IMG/VR virus record: IMGVR_UViG_3300027833_000044
Coordinates: 24-64,023 of that record
Length of the DNA: 64,000 nucleotides
Reading direction: 5' to 3' (one strand)
Origin: a virus
Taxonomy: Duplodnaviria > Caudoviricetes
Part shown: in pieces, positions 9,974-18,889 of the stretch
Layout of the letters: every line of letters starts with the position of its first letter
Position numbering within the stretch: position 1 is the stretch's first letter
Translations under genes and position numbers: made by a program
Notes under the pieces: generated by a model
Told to the model about the DNA's origin: nothing
The model's database searches: none
Seen by the model: the letters and a program-made list of their open reading frames with translations, nothing else

Positions 9974-10541
9974 GTATTTATTAATGACAGGAGCGCCAGG
10001 CAGTCGATGGTCTGGAGTTGCAAATAGGATTCATGAATCCGTTGACTTTGACCATAGTGATGATACCGAAGAAAGGTCATTCTCACACCACAATGGTTTG
10101 ATACATGGGGGTGCATACTTTGACCCTATGATGGAATTTGATAATGACTTTGGGTCATGGGACAAACCATTTAGTGGAGAAGACACTCATGGTATCCGAC
10201 TAATCAAATCTCATACCTTTGCATATCAACTGAACTCCTTAAAAGAACATCCTATTGTTATGGTACTAAGGAACGACTACGAGTGTTTGTCTTGGTGGTT
10301 GGAGTGTGGTGGTTTTGATATTCCGTATCCCAACTATGCGTGGTACAAAAATCAAGACGAAATGTTTACACAGATACAGTTACAGAACAAAGCAATTAAC
10401 AGATTTATATATAAGAACAGAGACAAAGTTGTCAAGTGTAAAACTAATTGGGGGGTATTAGAAGAGTTAGGACTAGACTCTTCGGTAGCTTGTGATGGAT
10501 ACAGTAAAAAGGATGTGACCGTATATGTCTACCAACCCTAA
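9963..10541 (+). CDS. P-loop sulfotransferase-like protein
   Basis: LMTGAPGSRWS, LIKSH, IVMVLRN. Confidence 0.5.
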   Translation: MKGKYLLMTGAPGSRWSGVANRIHESVDFDHSDDTEERSFSHHNGLIHGGAYFDPMMEFDNDFGSWDKPFSGEDTHGIRLIKSHTFAYQLNSLKEHPIVMVLRNDYECLSWWLECGGFDIPYPNYAWYKNQDEMFTQIQLQNKAINRFIYKNRDKVVKCKTNWGVLEELGLDSSVACDGYSKKDVTVYVYQP

Positions 10542-11082
10542 AGCAATGACTGCCGAAACAAGACAGTGGTTGAAAGACTACTTTACATACGACTGGCCAA
10601 GTTCACGCACTGCGGGACTTGATAGATATTATTGGACGGGGTTTAAATTAATTGAAGAAATCAGAGAAGGGGAATCAGTTCTGGATGTTGGTTGTGGTGT
10701 CAATCCTCTTAAGCGTCACATTACCAATCTTCATGGAATTGATATCACAGACATAGGTTCTGACGAACAGGTTGCAATTGAATATTTTAAGACCGAAGAG
10801 AAGTATGATGTTGCGTTTGCATTGGGTAGTATCAACTTTGGTAGTTACGATACAATCAGAGACCAGACCGAATCAATGGTCAATGCATTGAAACAGAAGT
10901 CTCGTATCTATTGGAGATGTAATCCCGCACACCGTGACCATGGTAATGACAAAGTAAAGGATGTGCCATTCTTTCATTGGAGACTGGAACACCACCTCTT
11001 GTTATCAAAACGTTTTGGATACGAAGTAACAGAATTTATGCCTGACTTGAATCGTTATTATGTCAAGTGGGAAAGAGAATGA
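10525..11082 (+). CDS. class I SAM-dependent methyltransferase
   Basis: VLDVGCG, GID, YDVAFALGS. Confidence 0.85.
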   Translation: MSTNPKAMTAETRQWLKDYFTYDWPSSRTAGLDRYYWTGFKLIEEIREGESVLDVGCGVNPLKRHITNLHGIDITDIGSDEQVAIEYFKTEEKYDVAFALGSINFGSYDTIRDQTESMVNALKQKSRIYWRCNPAHRDHGNDKVKDVPFFHWRLEHHLLLSKRFGYEVTEFMPDLNRYYVKWERE

Positions 11083-11792
11083 TTAAGATGTTCGTCCACA
11101 TCCCCAAGAATGGTGGGATGACAATAAGAAAGAATAAACAAATTCGTCAAAAGGTATTACTTTCTGGGCCAGACAACCTAAAGAATGCGGAGTATGTACA
11201 AGGTCTTACAAAGAAAATGCATGACACCAAAGACCACGCAGGGTACGAACACGGACGTTGGAGAGACTGGCGACAAGACGTAAGGGACACATATCAAGCA
11301 GTTGCAATCGTTCGTAATCCTTGGGACAGAGTATGTTCTCGTTACATGTTTGCAAAGAAAGTCATGGAATTTGAAGGGACACAACCAGAAGATTATGCAG
11401 ATACTTCATCCTTCGAGGCATTCCTAGAGGAACGTCATAAGTGGGGTGGTCAAGAGTATATGTGGCATCGTGCAATTCGTGGATGGTATCCTGCATACGA
11501 CCATGTGTCAGACGAAGAAGGAAACAACCGATGTCACATCTTACGGTTTGAGAACTACAACGAAGACGTGAGGACATACTTCGGTCTACTGAGTAACCCA
11601 GACCCTCGCAATATTACACGTGTACCTAATGACAGAGGCAAGACAGGATTCGGTACTTCTTATAAGGATATATACACTAAAGAGACTATTCAGATAATTG
11701 CTGACTGGTATCAAAAAGACATCGACTATTGGGGATTTGACTTCGATACGGGTGCAACAAGGAACTATTGGAATGCTACAACAACTATTTGA
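11079..11792 (+). CDS. sulfotransferase family 2 protein
   Basis: FVHIPKNGGMTI (5'-PSB) and VRNPWDRVCSRY (3'-PB) motifs, LRFEN. Confidence 0.88.
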   Translation: MIKMFVHIPKNGGMTIRKNKQIRQKVLLSGPDNLKNAEYVQGLTKKMHDTKDHAGYEHGRWRDWRQDVRDTYQAVAIVRNPWDRVCSRYMFAKKVMEFEGTQPEDYADTSSFEAFLEERHKWGGQEYMWHRAIRGWYPAYDHVSDEEGNNRCHILRFENYNEDVRTYFGLLSNPDPRNITRVPNDRGKTGFGTSYKDIYTKETIQIIADWYQKDIDYWGFDFDTGATRNYWNATTTI

Positions 11793-12390
11793 CAAGTACC
11801 AATGTGATAAAGGTACAGAAAAACATCACTACTATAAAGAATACGAACCCTATTTTGAGTCCGTAAGAAACGACCCTATTAATATTCTTGAGATTGGAAC
11901 ATACAAGGCAGCGTCTACCCAAGCGTTTCATGAATACTTTCCTAATGGAACAATCTATACGATTGATATATTTGCAAGGACAAACCCAAAAGACTTAAAC
12001 ATATTAAAGAGTGGTAGAGTTGAATGGTTAAAATGGGATTCTACAGATGCGTCTCTTGGTAAAAAGATAAAAGAACAATGGGGTGACGTAAAGTTTGACT
12101 TCATTATTGATGATGGTGCTCATTGGCCAGAAGCAAATCGATTGACCCTTGAAAACTGTATACCATTTATGAAAGAAGACGGAACATATTTTGTTGAAGA
12201 TGTGTGGCCGATGCACAAGATGAGTCAAGCAGAATTATCGAACCCTTGGTTGGTTAGATTATCTGAAAGATATGACATGTTAAAACACATGAGGTTTATG
12301 ACTGCACTGGATAGTTATAACACAACACACTATGACCGCAGAAAAGAAACTAAATGCGGTGATACATACATTATAGCAATTAACAATTAG
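11773..12390 (+). CDS. SAM-dependent sugar O-methyltransferase-like protein
   Basis: DKG..HHY..EY, ILEIG, FDFIIDDGAH, YFVED. Confidence 0.82.
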   Translation: MLQQLFDKYQCDKGTEKHHYYKEYEPYFESVRNDPINILEIGTYKAASTQAFHEYFPNGTIYTIDIFARTNPKDLNILKSGRVEWLKWDSTDASLGKKIKEQWGDVKFDFIIDDGAHWPEANRLTLENCIPFMKEDGTYFVEDVWPMHKMSQAELSNPWLVRLSERYDMLKHMRFMTALDSYNTTHYDRRKETKCGDTYIIAINN

Positions 12391-12397
12391 TAGGTAA

Positions 12398-13741
12398 ATG
12401 ATGATTAAATTAGTCTTATTCGATTTAGACGGTGTCCTTGTTGATACTAAGAAAATTCACTTTGATGCACTGAATGTGGCATTGGAGCATAATGACTATC
12501 TTCCGATAACAATGAACGAACATCTTCTGAGGTTCGATGGATTATCAACTGACCAGAAATTGGACATGTTAGGTATTCCTAGTAAGGAACAAAGGTTGAT
12601 TCAGACTCGTAAACAAGCACATACTTATATGGCAATGAATACGATTAAACCAAATTATGATATCATAGAGTTGTTGGAACTACTTAAAGAAGAAGGATAT
12701 AAGATTGGTGTATGTTCGAACGCAATAGAAAAGACCGTAGAGAACTGTATTGGTCAATTGGGTATTGAACAGTGGTTAGATATCACGTTGAGTAGTTGGG
12801 ATGTTGAGAACAACAAACCCCATCCAGAGATTTACTGGAAAGCAATGTCTAAGATGGGAGTCTATCCAGACGAAACTGTTATTATAGAAGATTCTCCGAC
12901 AGGACTTACCGCTGCATATCGTTCTGGTGCAAATGTTGTTAGAGTAGATTCTCCCGATGACACTAACATCTCATTGTTTGATAAGATACTGGGTGCTGAT
13001 GTTGCCACCGCCCCTAAGTGGAAAGACGAGAACCTGAACGTTCTCATTCCTATGGCGGGTGCGGGTAGTCGTTTTCAAAAAGCAGGATACACTTTTCCCA
13101 AACCATTGATTGATGTAAACGGAAAACCTATGATTCAACATGTAGTTGATAATCTAGGTATTGATGCAAACTACATTTTTATTGTACAGAAAGAACATCG
13201 TGAGAAGTATAACCTAGATTCTATGTTAGACTTGATTGTACCCAACTGTACTATTGTAGAAGTAGATGGTGTTACCGAAGGTGCGGCATGTACCACACTA
13301 CTCGCAGAAGAATTCATTAACAATGACCAACCATTATTCATTGCAAACTCTGACCAGTATGTAGAATGGAACTCTTTGGACTTTATGTATAAGATGAGAG
13401 AGACCAACGCAGACGGTGGTATTGTTACTTTCAAATCAACACACCCTAAGTGGAGTTATGCAAAAACCAACTCTCAAGGTCATGTTACTAGAGTTGCAGA
13501 AAAGAATCCGATAAGTGCTAACGCAACCGTGGGATTCTATTACTGGAAACATGGTAAGGACTATGTCGAGTATACAAAAGAAATGATTGACAAAGATATC
13601 AGAGTGAACGATGAGTTCTATGTGTGTCCAGTATTCAATCAAGCAATTGCAGATAACAAAAAGATACGTACTTACGAAGCAGATGAAATGTGGGGATTAG
13701 GTACACCCGAAGACTTGGAAAGATATCTATTGGGTTTCTAA
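12398..13741 (+). CDS. HAD phosphatase / nucleotidyltransferase fusion
   Basis: FDLDGVL, KPHP, IEDS (HAD); IPMAGAGSRF..GY..PKPL, NSDQ, LGTPEDL (NTP transferase). Confidence 0.9.
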   Translation: MMIKLVLFDLDGVLVDTKKIHFDALNVALEHNDYLPITMNEHLLRFDGLSTDQKLDMLGIPSKEQRLIQTRKQAHTYMAMNTIKPNYDIIELLELLKEEGYKIGVCSNAIEKTVENCIGQLGIEQWLDITLSSWDVENNKPHPEIYWKAMSKMGVYPDETVIIEDSPTGLTAAYRSGANVVRVDSPDDTNISLFDKILGADVATAPKWKDENLNVLIPMAGAGSRFQKAGYTFPKPLIDVNGKPMIQHVVDNLGIDANYIFIVQKEHREKYNLDSMLDLIVPNCTIVEVDGVTEGAACTTLLAEEFINNDQPLFIANSDQYVEWNSLDFMYKMRETNADGGIVTFKSTHPKWSYAKTNSQGHVTRVAEKNPISANATVGFYYWKHGKDYVEYTKEMIDKDIRVNDEFYVCPVFNQAIADNKKIRTYEADEMWGLGTPEDLERYLLGF

Positions 13742-14509
13742 ATGAAAGTTGCTTTATGTATATCGGGAAGATGGAACGAATATTGCCACTCTAAGTGGGT
13801 AGACCGTTCCAAACGACTTCTTCCCTTTGATGAGATATTTACTGGGACATGGGAAGGTCAAGACGTTGTTGTTGATTATTACTTCCCTGAACCTAAGAAT
13901 GAATATCATCCAGTCTTTGACACTGAACCATATCCCGATGACGCATCCACCCTCAGACGTGAAGTCTTTCCTCGTTTAATCGAGAAAGATATGCATATGG
14001 ACGAAAATGCTTACCGTGACCCCGCATCTAGTCAGTTAAAACATGCGTATGCATCCGCTAACTGGCACAAACAGATTCTCATACACAATGAGATGATGAA
14101 GACAATACCTGAAGAGTACGATATGATTATTCGTACAAGGTTTGATGTGATTGTATCTGACCAAATTGATTGGAAAGAAATCATAGAAGACTCGTACAAG
14201 AGAATGATTCCGAAAGGATACAACTGTATGAACTACTATGGTAATCACGACTTTAACAAAGTGAAACACACGGATAGTGAGACTACCTATTATATCAACG
14301 ATGCAATGATAGTACACCCCAGAGATTGTTGGGACACAGATTTGGTAGATTCTTTGTATAAGAACAAGCAATTGAAGAGTGCGGAAGAAGGATGGTATCA
14401 AATATTATCTGAACCGTTTGGATTCTATCATGAGAGTTATCATGGTGGATGTTATCTATCTGAGAGATGGGAGTATGTAAGAGATGTTGATGAAAGCCTT
14501 CATAATTAG
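13742..14509 (+). CDS. putative glycosyltransferase-like protein
   Basis: KVALCISG...YDMIIRTRFD pattern common in viral sugar clusters. Confidence 0.55.
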   Translation: MKVALCISGRWNEYCHSKWVDRSKRLLPFDEIFTGTWEGQDVVVDYYFPEPKNEYHPVFDTEPYPDDASTLRREVFPRLIEKDMHMDENAYRDPASSQLKHAYASANWHKQILIHNEMMKTIPEEYDMIIRTRFDVIVSDQIDWKEIIEDSYKRMIPKGYNCMNYYGNHDFNKVKHTDSETTYYINDAMIVHPRDCWDTDLVDSLYKNKQLKSAEEGWYQILSEPFGFYHESYHGGCYLSERWEYVRDVDESLHN

Positions 14510-15203
14510 TATGGTAAACAATCACGAGTCCACTGTTGCGACTCGTATGGTTATTGAATCTATAAAGAAAACTGGAACAAAACTAGAACCAATCATCTTA
14601 CCCGCTACCACACCAAACACTATCGGTGAAGGAATAGACCAGTTGAATATGAGTGGGATTGCGTGGACATATCCCCTAGACGAACACCAAGATGGTCTTG
14701 ATATGAAAACAGGACTACGTCTCACTCATTACAAGACTGCAAATCATGAAAATAGAGTTGCTTGTATGATATCTCATATGAGGTGTTGGCAGAAATCCCT
14801 CGACCTCAATGAGACTATCGTTGTACTAGAACACGATGCATTGTTTACAGATTCTCTTTTGCCAAAAGACTTGACTTCTGAATGGAAGGGTGGTATAATA
14901 GGTCTTAATGACCCCAGAGGTGCAACCAGAAGGTCTCAAGACTTTCACAGAAAGGTATCATCTAAGGTTGGATTACAATCCGTACCATATGTAGATGATT
15001 GGGATGTACCACAGGGACTTGCGGGTAACTCTGCATATATGATATCACCAAAAGCAGCAAAAAAGTTGCTTAACAAAGTAAAAGAAATAGGTATGTGGCC
15101 TAACGATGCATTGATGTGTAAACAGATGTTTCCATGGTTAGAGGTGGTATATCCCTACTACACAACTATACAGAAAGGGTTGACTTCAACCACAACACAA
15201 TAA
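14490..15203 (+). CDS. GT25-like glycosyltransferase
   Basis: ACMISHMRCW, VVLEHDA, GNSAYMISPKAAKKLL, PND. Confidence 0.8.
   Translation: MKAFIISMVNNHESTVATRMVIESIKKTGTKLEPIILPATTPNTIGEGIDQLNMSGIAWTYPLDEHQDGLDMKTGLRLTHYKTANHENRVACMISHMRCWQKSLDLNETIVVLEHDALFTDSLLPKDLTSEWKGGIIGLNDPRGATRRSQDFHRKVSSKVGLQSVPYVDDWDVPQGLAGNSAYMISPKAAKKLLNKVKEIGMWPNDALMCKQMFPWLEVVYPYYTTIQKGLTSTTTQ
14871..14899 (+). promoter_or_regulatory. intragenic sigma70-type promoter
   Basis: TTGACT-17 bp-TATAAT with extended TG, inside the GT25-like gene. Confidence 0.5.
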
Positions 15204-15388
15204 TGGAAATACAACCAGTATCATCAATACCTAAAGTATCAGCACGTTCGTTCACTGTTGAACAAGTGCATAAACTTTCGGATGGAAATTATAAGATTCA
15301 AAGTACGACTTATTATGTTACTACATATGACAGTAAGGGAAGATTATCCACAACAACAAACAATAGTACAATGAGTTATATTATATGA
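15203..15388 (+). CDS. small hypothetical protein
   Basis: ATG overlaps the upstream stop (TAATG); stop overlaps the next ATG. Confidence 0.6.
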   Translation: MEIQPVSSIPKVSARSFTVEQVHKLSDGNYKIQSTTYYVTTYDSKGRLSTTTNNSTMSYII

Positions 15389-16032
15389 AAGCATATGTTA
15401 TTACAATAAGAGGAAATATAAATTCTGTTCAAGCAGCGAACAAGTGTATTGATTCTGGTAAACTTCATGGACTAAAGATTGAGAAGTTCTCTGCAATCAC
15501 CCCCGCAGACAATCCTGTAGAACTACTAAAAACAAGAGGTATATCCCCAATACAATTTGATGAGAAATATTCTCGTAATGAAAATTGTATCGCAGCGTTC
15601 TTATCTCACTATGCGTTGTGGGAAGCGTGTTCGAAAGGTACGGAGAACTTTGTTATCTTTGAACATGACGCAATCATGGTAGACAGAATTCCCCCCGCAT
15701 TACCTAACTATGTAATGAATCTTGGACACCCATCATATGGTAAGTGGAACACCCCCGCACAACTAGGTATTAATCCACTAACAACAAAGAGATATTTTCC
15801 TGGCGCTCATGCATACATGGTTACTCCCCAAGGCGGAAGACTGTTGGTAGAGAATGCACCTATGTATGCAAAACCAACCGATGTGTATCTAAACATAGAC
15901 ACTTTCCCTTGGTTACAGGAGTGGTATCCCTTTATTGCAGAGGCACGAGACACATTCACCACAATACAAGTAGAAGCAGGGTGTCGTGCAAAACACAATT
16001 GGAAAGAGGGTTATGAAATCATCGATGCTTAA
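15385..16032 (+). CDS. GT25-like glycosyltransferase
   Basis: AFLSHYALW, VIFEHDA, GAHAYMVTP, PTD. Confidence 0.8.
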   Translation: MKAYVITIRGNINSVQAANKCIDSGKLHGLKIEKFSAITPADNPVELLKTRGISPIQFDEKYSRNENCIAAFLSHYALWEACSKGTENFVIFEHDAIMVDRIPPALPNYVMNLGHPSYGKWNTPAQLGINPLTTKRYFPGAHAYMVTPQGGRLLVENAPMYAKPTDVYLNIDTFPWLQEWYPFIAEARDTFTTIQVEAGCRAKHNWKEGYEIIDA

Positions 16033-16690
16033 AGTCTTCCTAACAGGTTGTGATAATAACACTGAGTGGCAGTTGCCTTGGTTTGTTCACAACTATCGTA
16101 AACACAATACAACCCCTCTAGTACTTGCAGACTTTGGTATGTCTAAAGAAGCACGTACCATTGCAGAAGAGTCATTTGATTTAATAATAACAGTGAAGAG
16201 TGAAGCACAGGGATGGTTTAAGAAACCTCGTGCAATTTTAGATGCAACTAAGTTAGACGGTGTAAAGAAAGTCTGTTGGTTGGATACTGACTGTGAAATT
16301 ACCGCAGACATATCACCAATATTTAACCTATCAGAATACGGTAAGTTGGGTATGGTGAAAGATAGACCTTGGAGTACACGTAGAAGTGAACTTGGGAGTT
16401 GGTATAACTCTGGAGTTGTTCTGGTAGAAAACACTCCAAATATTCTGAAGATGTGGGCAGACGAATGTATTCGTAACCCCGTTCAAGGAGACCAAGAAGT
16501 TCTTTATATAATGATGGGAGGGGATGAGATTACAAAAATGTCGTATATTAAACCTTTACCTCACACGTACAATACGTTACGTTTAGACTATATAGATAAC
16601 ATAGAAGTAAAAAATCCCAAGATTATCCATCATACTGGAAGTAAAGGGAACGAAGTAATAAGGAGACAGATAGATGAATTATCTACTTAA
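16025..16690 (+). CDS. nucleotide-diphospho-sugar transferase (GT-A)
   Basis: WFKKP, WLDTDC, YNSGVV, GDQEVL, IIHHTG. Confidence 0.78.
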   Translation: MLKVFLTGCDNNTEWQLPWFVHNYRKHNTTPLVLADFGMSKEARTIAEESFDLIITVKSEAQGWFKKPRAILDATKLDGVKKVCWLDTDCEITADISPIFNLSEYGKLGMVKDRPWSTRRSELGSWYNSGVVLVENTPNILKMWADECIRNPVQGDQEVLYIMMGGDEITKMSYIKPLPHTYNTLRLDYIDNIEVKNPKIIHHTGSKGNEVIRRQIDELST

Positions 16691-16880
16691 CGCATTAATC
16701 AAAAGACTTGAGGGCGACATCGCCATTGCAAAAGCAAACGTTAATGTGTACATGAAAAACAGTGCGGGGATTGGAGAACATCCAGACATCGTAGAATCAA
16801 TAGAAACGCAAATCAGTAAGATTGCGGAAGCGGAAGATAAAATAAACGCTATTAATACCCATTTTGGGATTGGAAAATAA
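16674..16880 (+). CDS. conserved hypothetical phage protein
   Basis: ANVNVY..NSAGIGEHPDIVE motif, recalled from T4-like marine phages. Confidence 0.7.
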   Translation: MNYLLNALIKRLEGDIAIAKANVNVYMKNSAGIGEHPDIVESIETQISKIAEAEDKINAINTHFGIGK

Positions 16881-16881
16881 A

Positions 16882-17286
16882 ATGTATGAATATAGATGTA
16901 AGGTAGTCAGAGTTGTAGACGGTGACACGGTAGACGTGGATGTCGATTTAGGATTTGGTGTGTGGTTAAAAAAAGAACGTGTACGTCTTTTAGGAATTGA
17001 TACCCCAGAATCTAGGACACGTGACAAGGTAGAAAAACAATATGGACTAGCTGCAAAAGCATTTCTTAAACAAGTTCTAGGAACTAGTCCTATTCTTAAA
17101 ACAACAAAGGATGGTAAGGGTAAGTTCGGACGTATCCTTGGTGAGTTTATTGTTGAGATTGAAAACAATAGAATTAATATAAATCAATATTTAGTTGACA
17201 ATCATCACGCAGTAGAGTATAATGGACAGTCTAAAGATTCCATTAAAGAACAACACTTAGTAAACAGAGAACTAGTACAACTATGA
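16882..17286 (+). CDS. thermonuclease (SNase-like) protein
   Basis: VVDGDT, RLLGIDTPE, GKFGRILG. Confidence 0.9.
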   Translation: MYEYRCKVVRVVDGDTVDVDVDLGFGVWLKKERVRLLGIDTPESRTRDKVEKQYGLAAKAFLKQVLGTSPILKTTKDGKGKFGRILGEFIVEIENNRININQYLVDNHHAVEYNGQSKDSIKEQHLVNRELVQL

Positions 17287-17537
17287 AGGTCTTACATAAC
17301 AACGTCCTTGTGACAAATGCAGAAGTTGAAGAGAAGACTGCGGGTGGTATTATCCTATCGGGTGATATCTCTACAGGTAATAAACCCGCAATAGTTATTG
17401 CGGTTGGTGAGAGTGTAACAAACGTTTTACCTAAACAAAAGGTTTATCTAGATTGGCCAAAAGCAATGGCAGTTGAAATTGATGGACTAAAGTGTGCAGT
17501 GATTGATGAAATACACATCAAACTAATTATAGAATAG
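17283..17537 (+). CDS. groES: GroES-like co-chaperonin
   Basis: LHNNVLV...EEKTAGGIIL...VIAVG. Confidence 0.85.
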   Translation: MKVLHNNVLVTNAEVEEKTAGGIILSGDISTGNKPAIVIAVGESVTNVLPKQKVYLDWPKAMAVEIDGLKCAVIDEIHIKLIIE

Positions 17538-17546
17538 AGTAATATA

Positions 17547-18176
17547 ATGAGAGTAAATGTCTTAGGTAATGGAGACAATGCGGGATTGTTCCAACGTGGT
17601 ACTAAGGGTAAGTTACTAATATGTAATATGCCTCCGTTTGAGATTCCTCGTAGTGAGGTTTACGGAACTTGTATGGTGGACTTCAAGATGATGAAGGCAC
17701 TACAGGAAGGTCGTATTCAATTAGATATGTACGATTGGATTCTAGGTACAAGACCCAAACTGTGGATGGAACAGTCTGGAACATTCTATATGAAATACTC
17801 TCATCTTATCAAGGGATTCTATTCTCATATTCCAAAGTATGCGGGTGACCCAAAGTATGCCGCAACTAACTTTAATTGTGGTCACATGGCAGTTCATTAT
17901 GCATGTGCAAAAATGCGAGCAACCGAAGTTCACATCTATGGATTCGATAGTATCTTTGATATGAACTTAGATAGTTTCACTGACTTGTTATTAGAATCAG
18001 ACCGTTCTACTAATAACACAGTAAGACTTGCTGGCAACTGGAGACCTATATGGACAGAGATGTTCAAAGAATTTAAAGAGGTCAAATTCCATTTATATCA
18101 TAGTCACAAAAACATCAAAATACCTATATCTAAGAACGTAGAAGTTCATGCGATATCTCATGGTCAAAAGACTTGA
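17547..18176 (+). CDS. putative Maf/sialyltransferase-fold transferase-like protein
   Basis: VLGNG...NCGHMAVHYA...EVHIYGFD pattern. Confidence 0.5.
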   Translation: MRVNVLGNGDNAGLFQRGTKGKLLICNMPPFEIPRSEVYGTCMVDFKMMKALQEGRIQLDMYDWILGTRPKLWMEQSGTFYMKYSHLIKGFYSHIPKYAGDPKYAATNFNCGHMAVHYACAKMRATEVHIYGFDSIFDMNLDSFTDLLLESDRSTNNTVRLAGNWRPIWTEMFKEFKEVKFHLYHSHKNIKIPISKNVEVHAISHGQKT

Positions 18177-18201
18177 CATTCTATACCAATAGTGATATAA
18201 T
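18173..18201 (+). promoter_or_regulatory. sigma70-type promoter for the tRNA pair
   Basis: TTGACA(18173-18178)-17 bp-TATAAT(18196-18201). Confidence 0.85.
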
Positions 18202-18218
18202 ATCTTATTGATTGAAAA

Positions 18219-18294
18219 CGTCTCATGGTGAAACTGGATATCATCCGAGTCTTCTAAACTTGTGTTCAAGGTTCGAGTCCTTGTGAGACGGCCA
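18219..18294 (+). tRNA. tRNA-Arg(TCT)
   Basis: acceptor CGTCTCA/TGAGACG, anticodon loop CT-TCT-AA, T-arm CAAGG-TTCGAGT-CCTTG, encoded CCA. Confidence 0.93.
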
Positions 18295-18304
18295 ATCAAC
18301 GCTT

Positions 18305-18379
18305 GCCTCCGTAGTTTAACGGATAAAACAGTCCGCTACGAACGGACAACTCGTGGTTCGATTCCATGCGGGGGCACCA
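18305..18379 (+). tRNA. tRNA-Arg(ACG)
   Basis: acceptor GCCTCCG/CGGGGGC, anticodon arm GTCCG-CTACGAA-CGGAC, TTCGATT loop, encoded CCA. Confidence 0.93.
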
Positions 18380-18397
18380 ATTACAATGTTTAAAAGG

Positions 18398-18405
18398 TAT
18401 AAATA
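18398..18405 (+). promoter_or_regulatory. T4-type late promoter
   Basis: TATAAATA. Confidence 0.6.
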
Positions 18406-18597
18406 ATGCTACAGCCTAAGAAAAGTATTCATGATGATGAAAATCATGACTACAGAATCTTTAAGATGAATGATGGTTACGAATTTGGAGACTTATCCGA
18501 TTCGGATTTATCATGTTTCAAACAGACTGAGTTAGACGAAGGTCAAAAGATGGCAGTAGTCAATAACAAAAGTCTATTCATATACATAGAGGAGTAA
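18406..18597 (+). CDS. hypothetical protein
   Basis: ORF only; start uncertain. Confidence 0.45.
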   Translation: MLQPKKSIHDDENHDYRIFKMNDGYEFGDLSDSDLSCFKQTELDEGQKMAVVNNKSLFIYIEE

Positions 18598-18601
18598 CTC
18601 A

Positions 18602-18814
18602 ATGGATAAAGTAAAAGAACTAATTAATAACGTAAAAGCAATGTTAGTAGACCCAATAGTAGACCTATGGGACGAATACAAGAACGAAGTTGGTCTTGTT
18701 ATCGGAACAATAAGTGTAGTTGTGGGAATATTCCAAGGAGCATCATTACTGATTGTCTCTGGTGCAGTATTAGTCGCAATGACTGGTTACGACATATATG
18801 AAAAATATGTCTGA
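18602..18814 (+). CDS. small membrane protein
   Basis: GAGGAG RBS; hydrophobic C-terminal half. Confidence 0.7.
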   Translation: MDKVKELINNVKAMLVDPIVDLWDEYKNEVGLVIGTISVVVGIFQGASLLIVSGAVLVAMTGYDIYEKYV

Positions 18815-18889
18815 ATAATACGACACTAGAAACGGATTAATAGGAATAACTACCATAATACGACTATTATGACAGTTTAGAAGAGGACT

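Noticed and set aside
18815-18871. ATAATACGAC twice, resembling a T7 promoter start
   Set aside because: Match stops after TAATACGAC(T) and no single-subunit RNA polymerase is seen. The second copy is part of a small hairpin (CATAATA-CGAC-TATTATG) between convergent genes.
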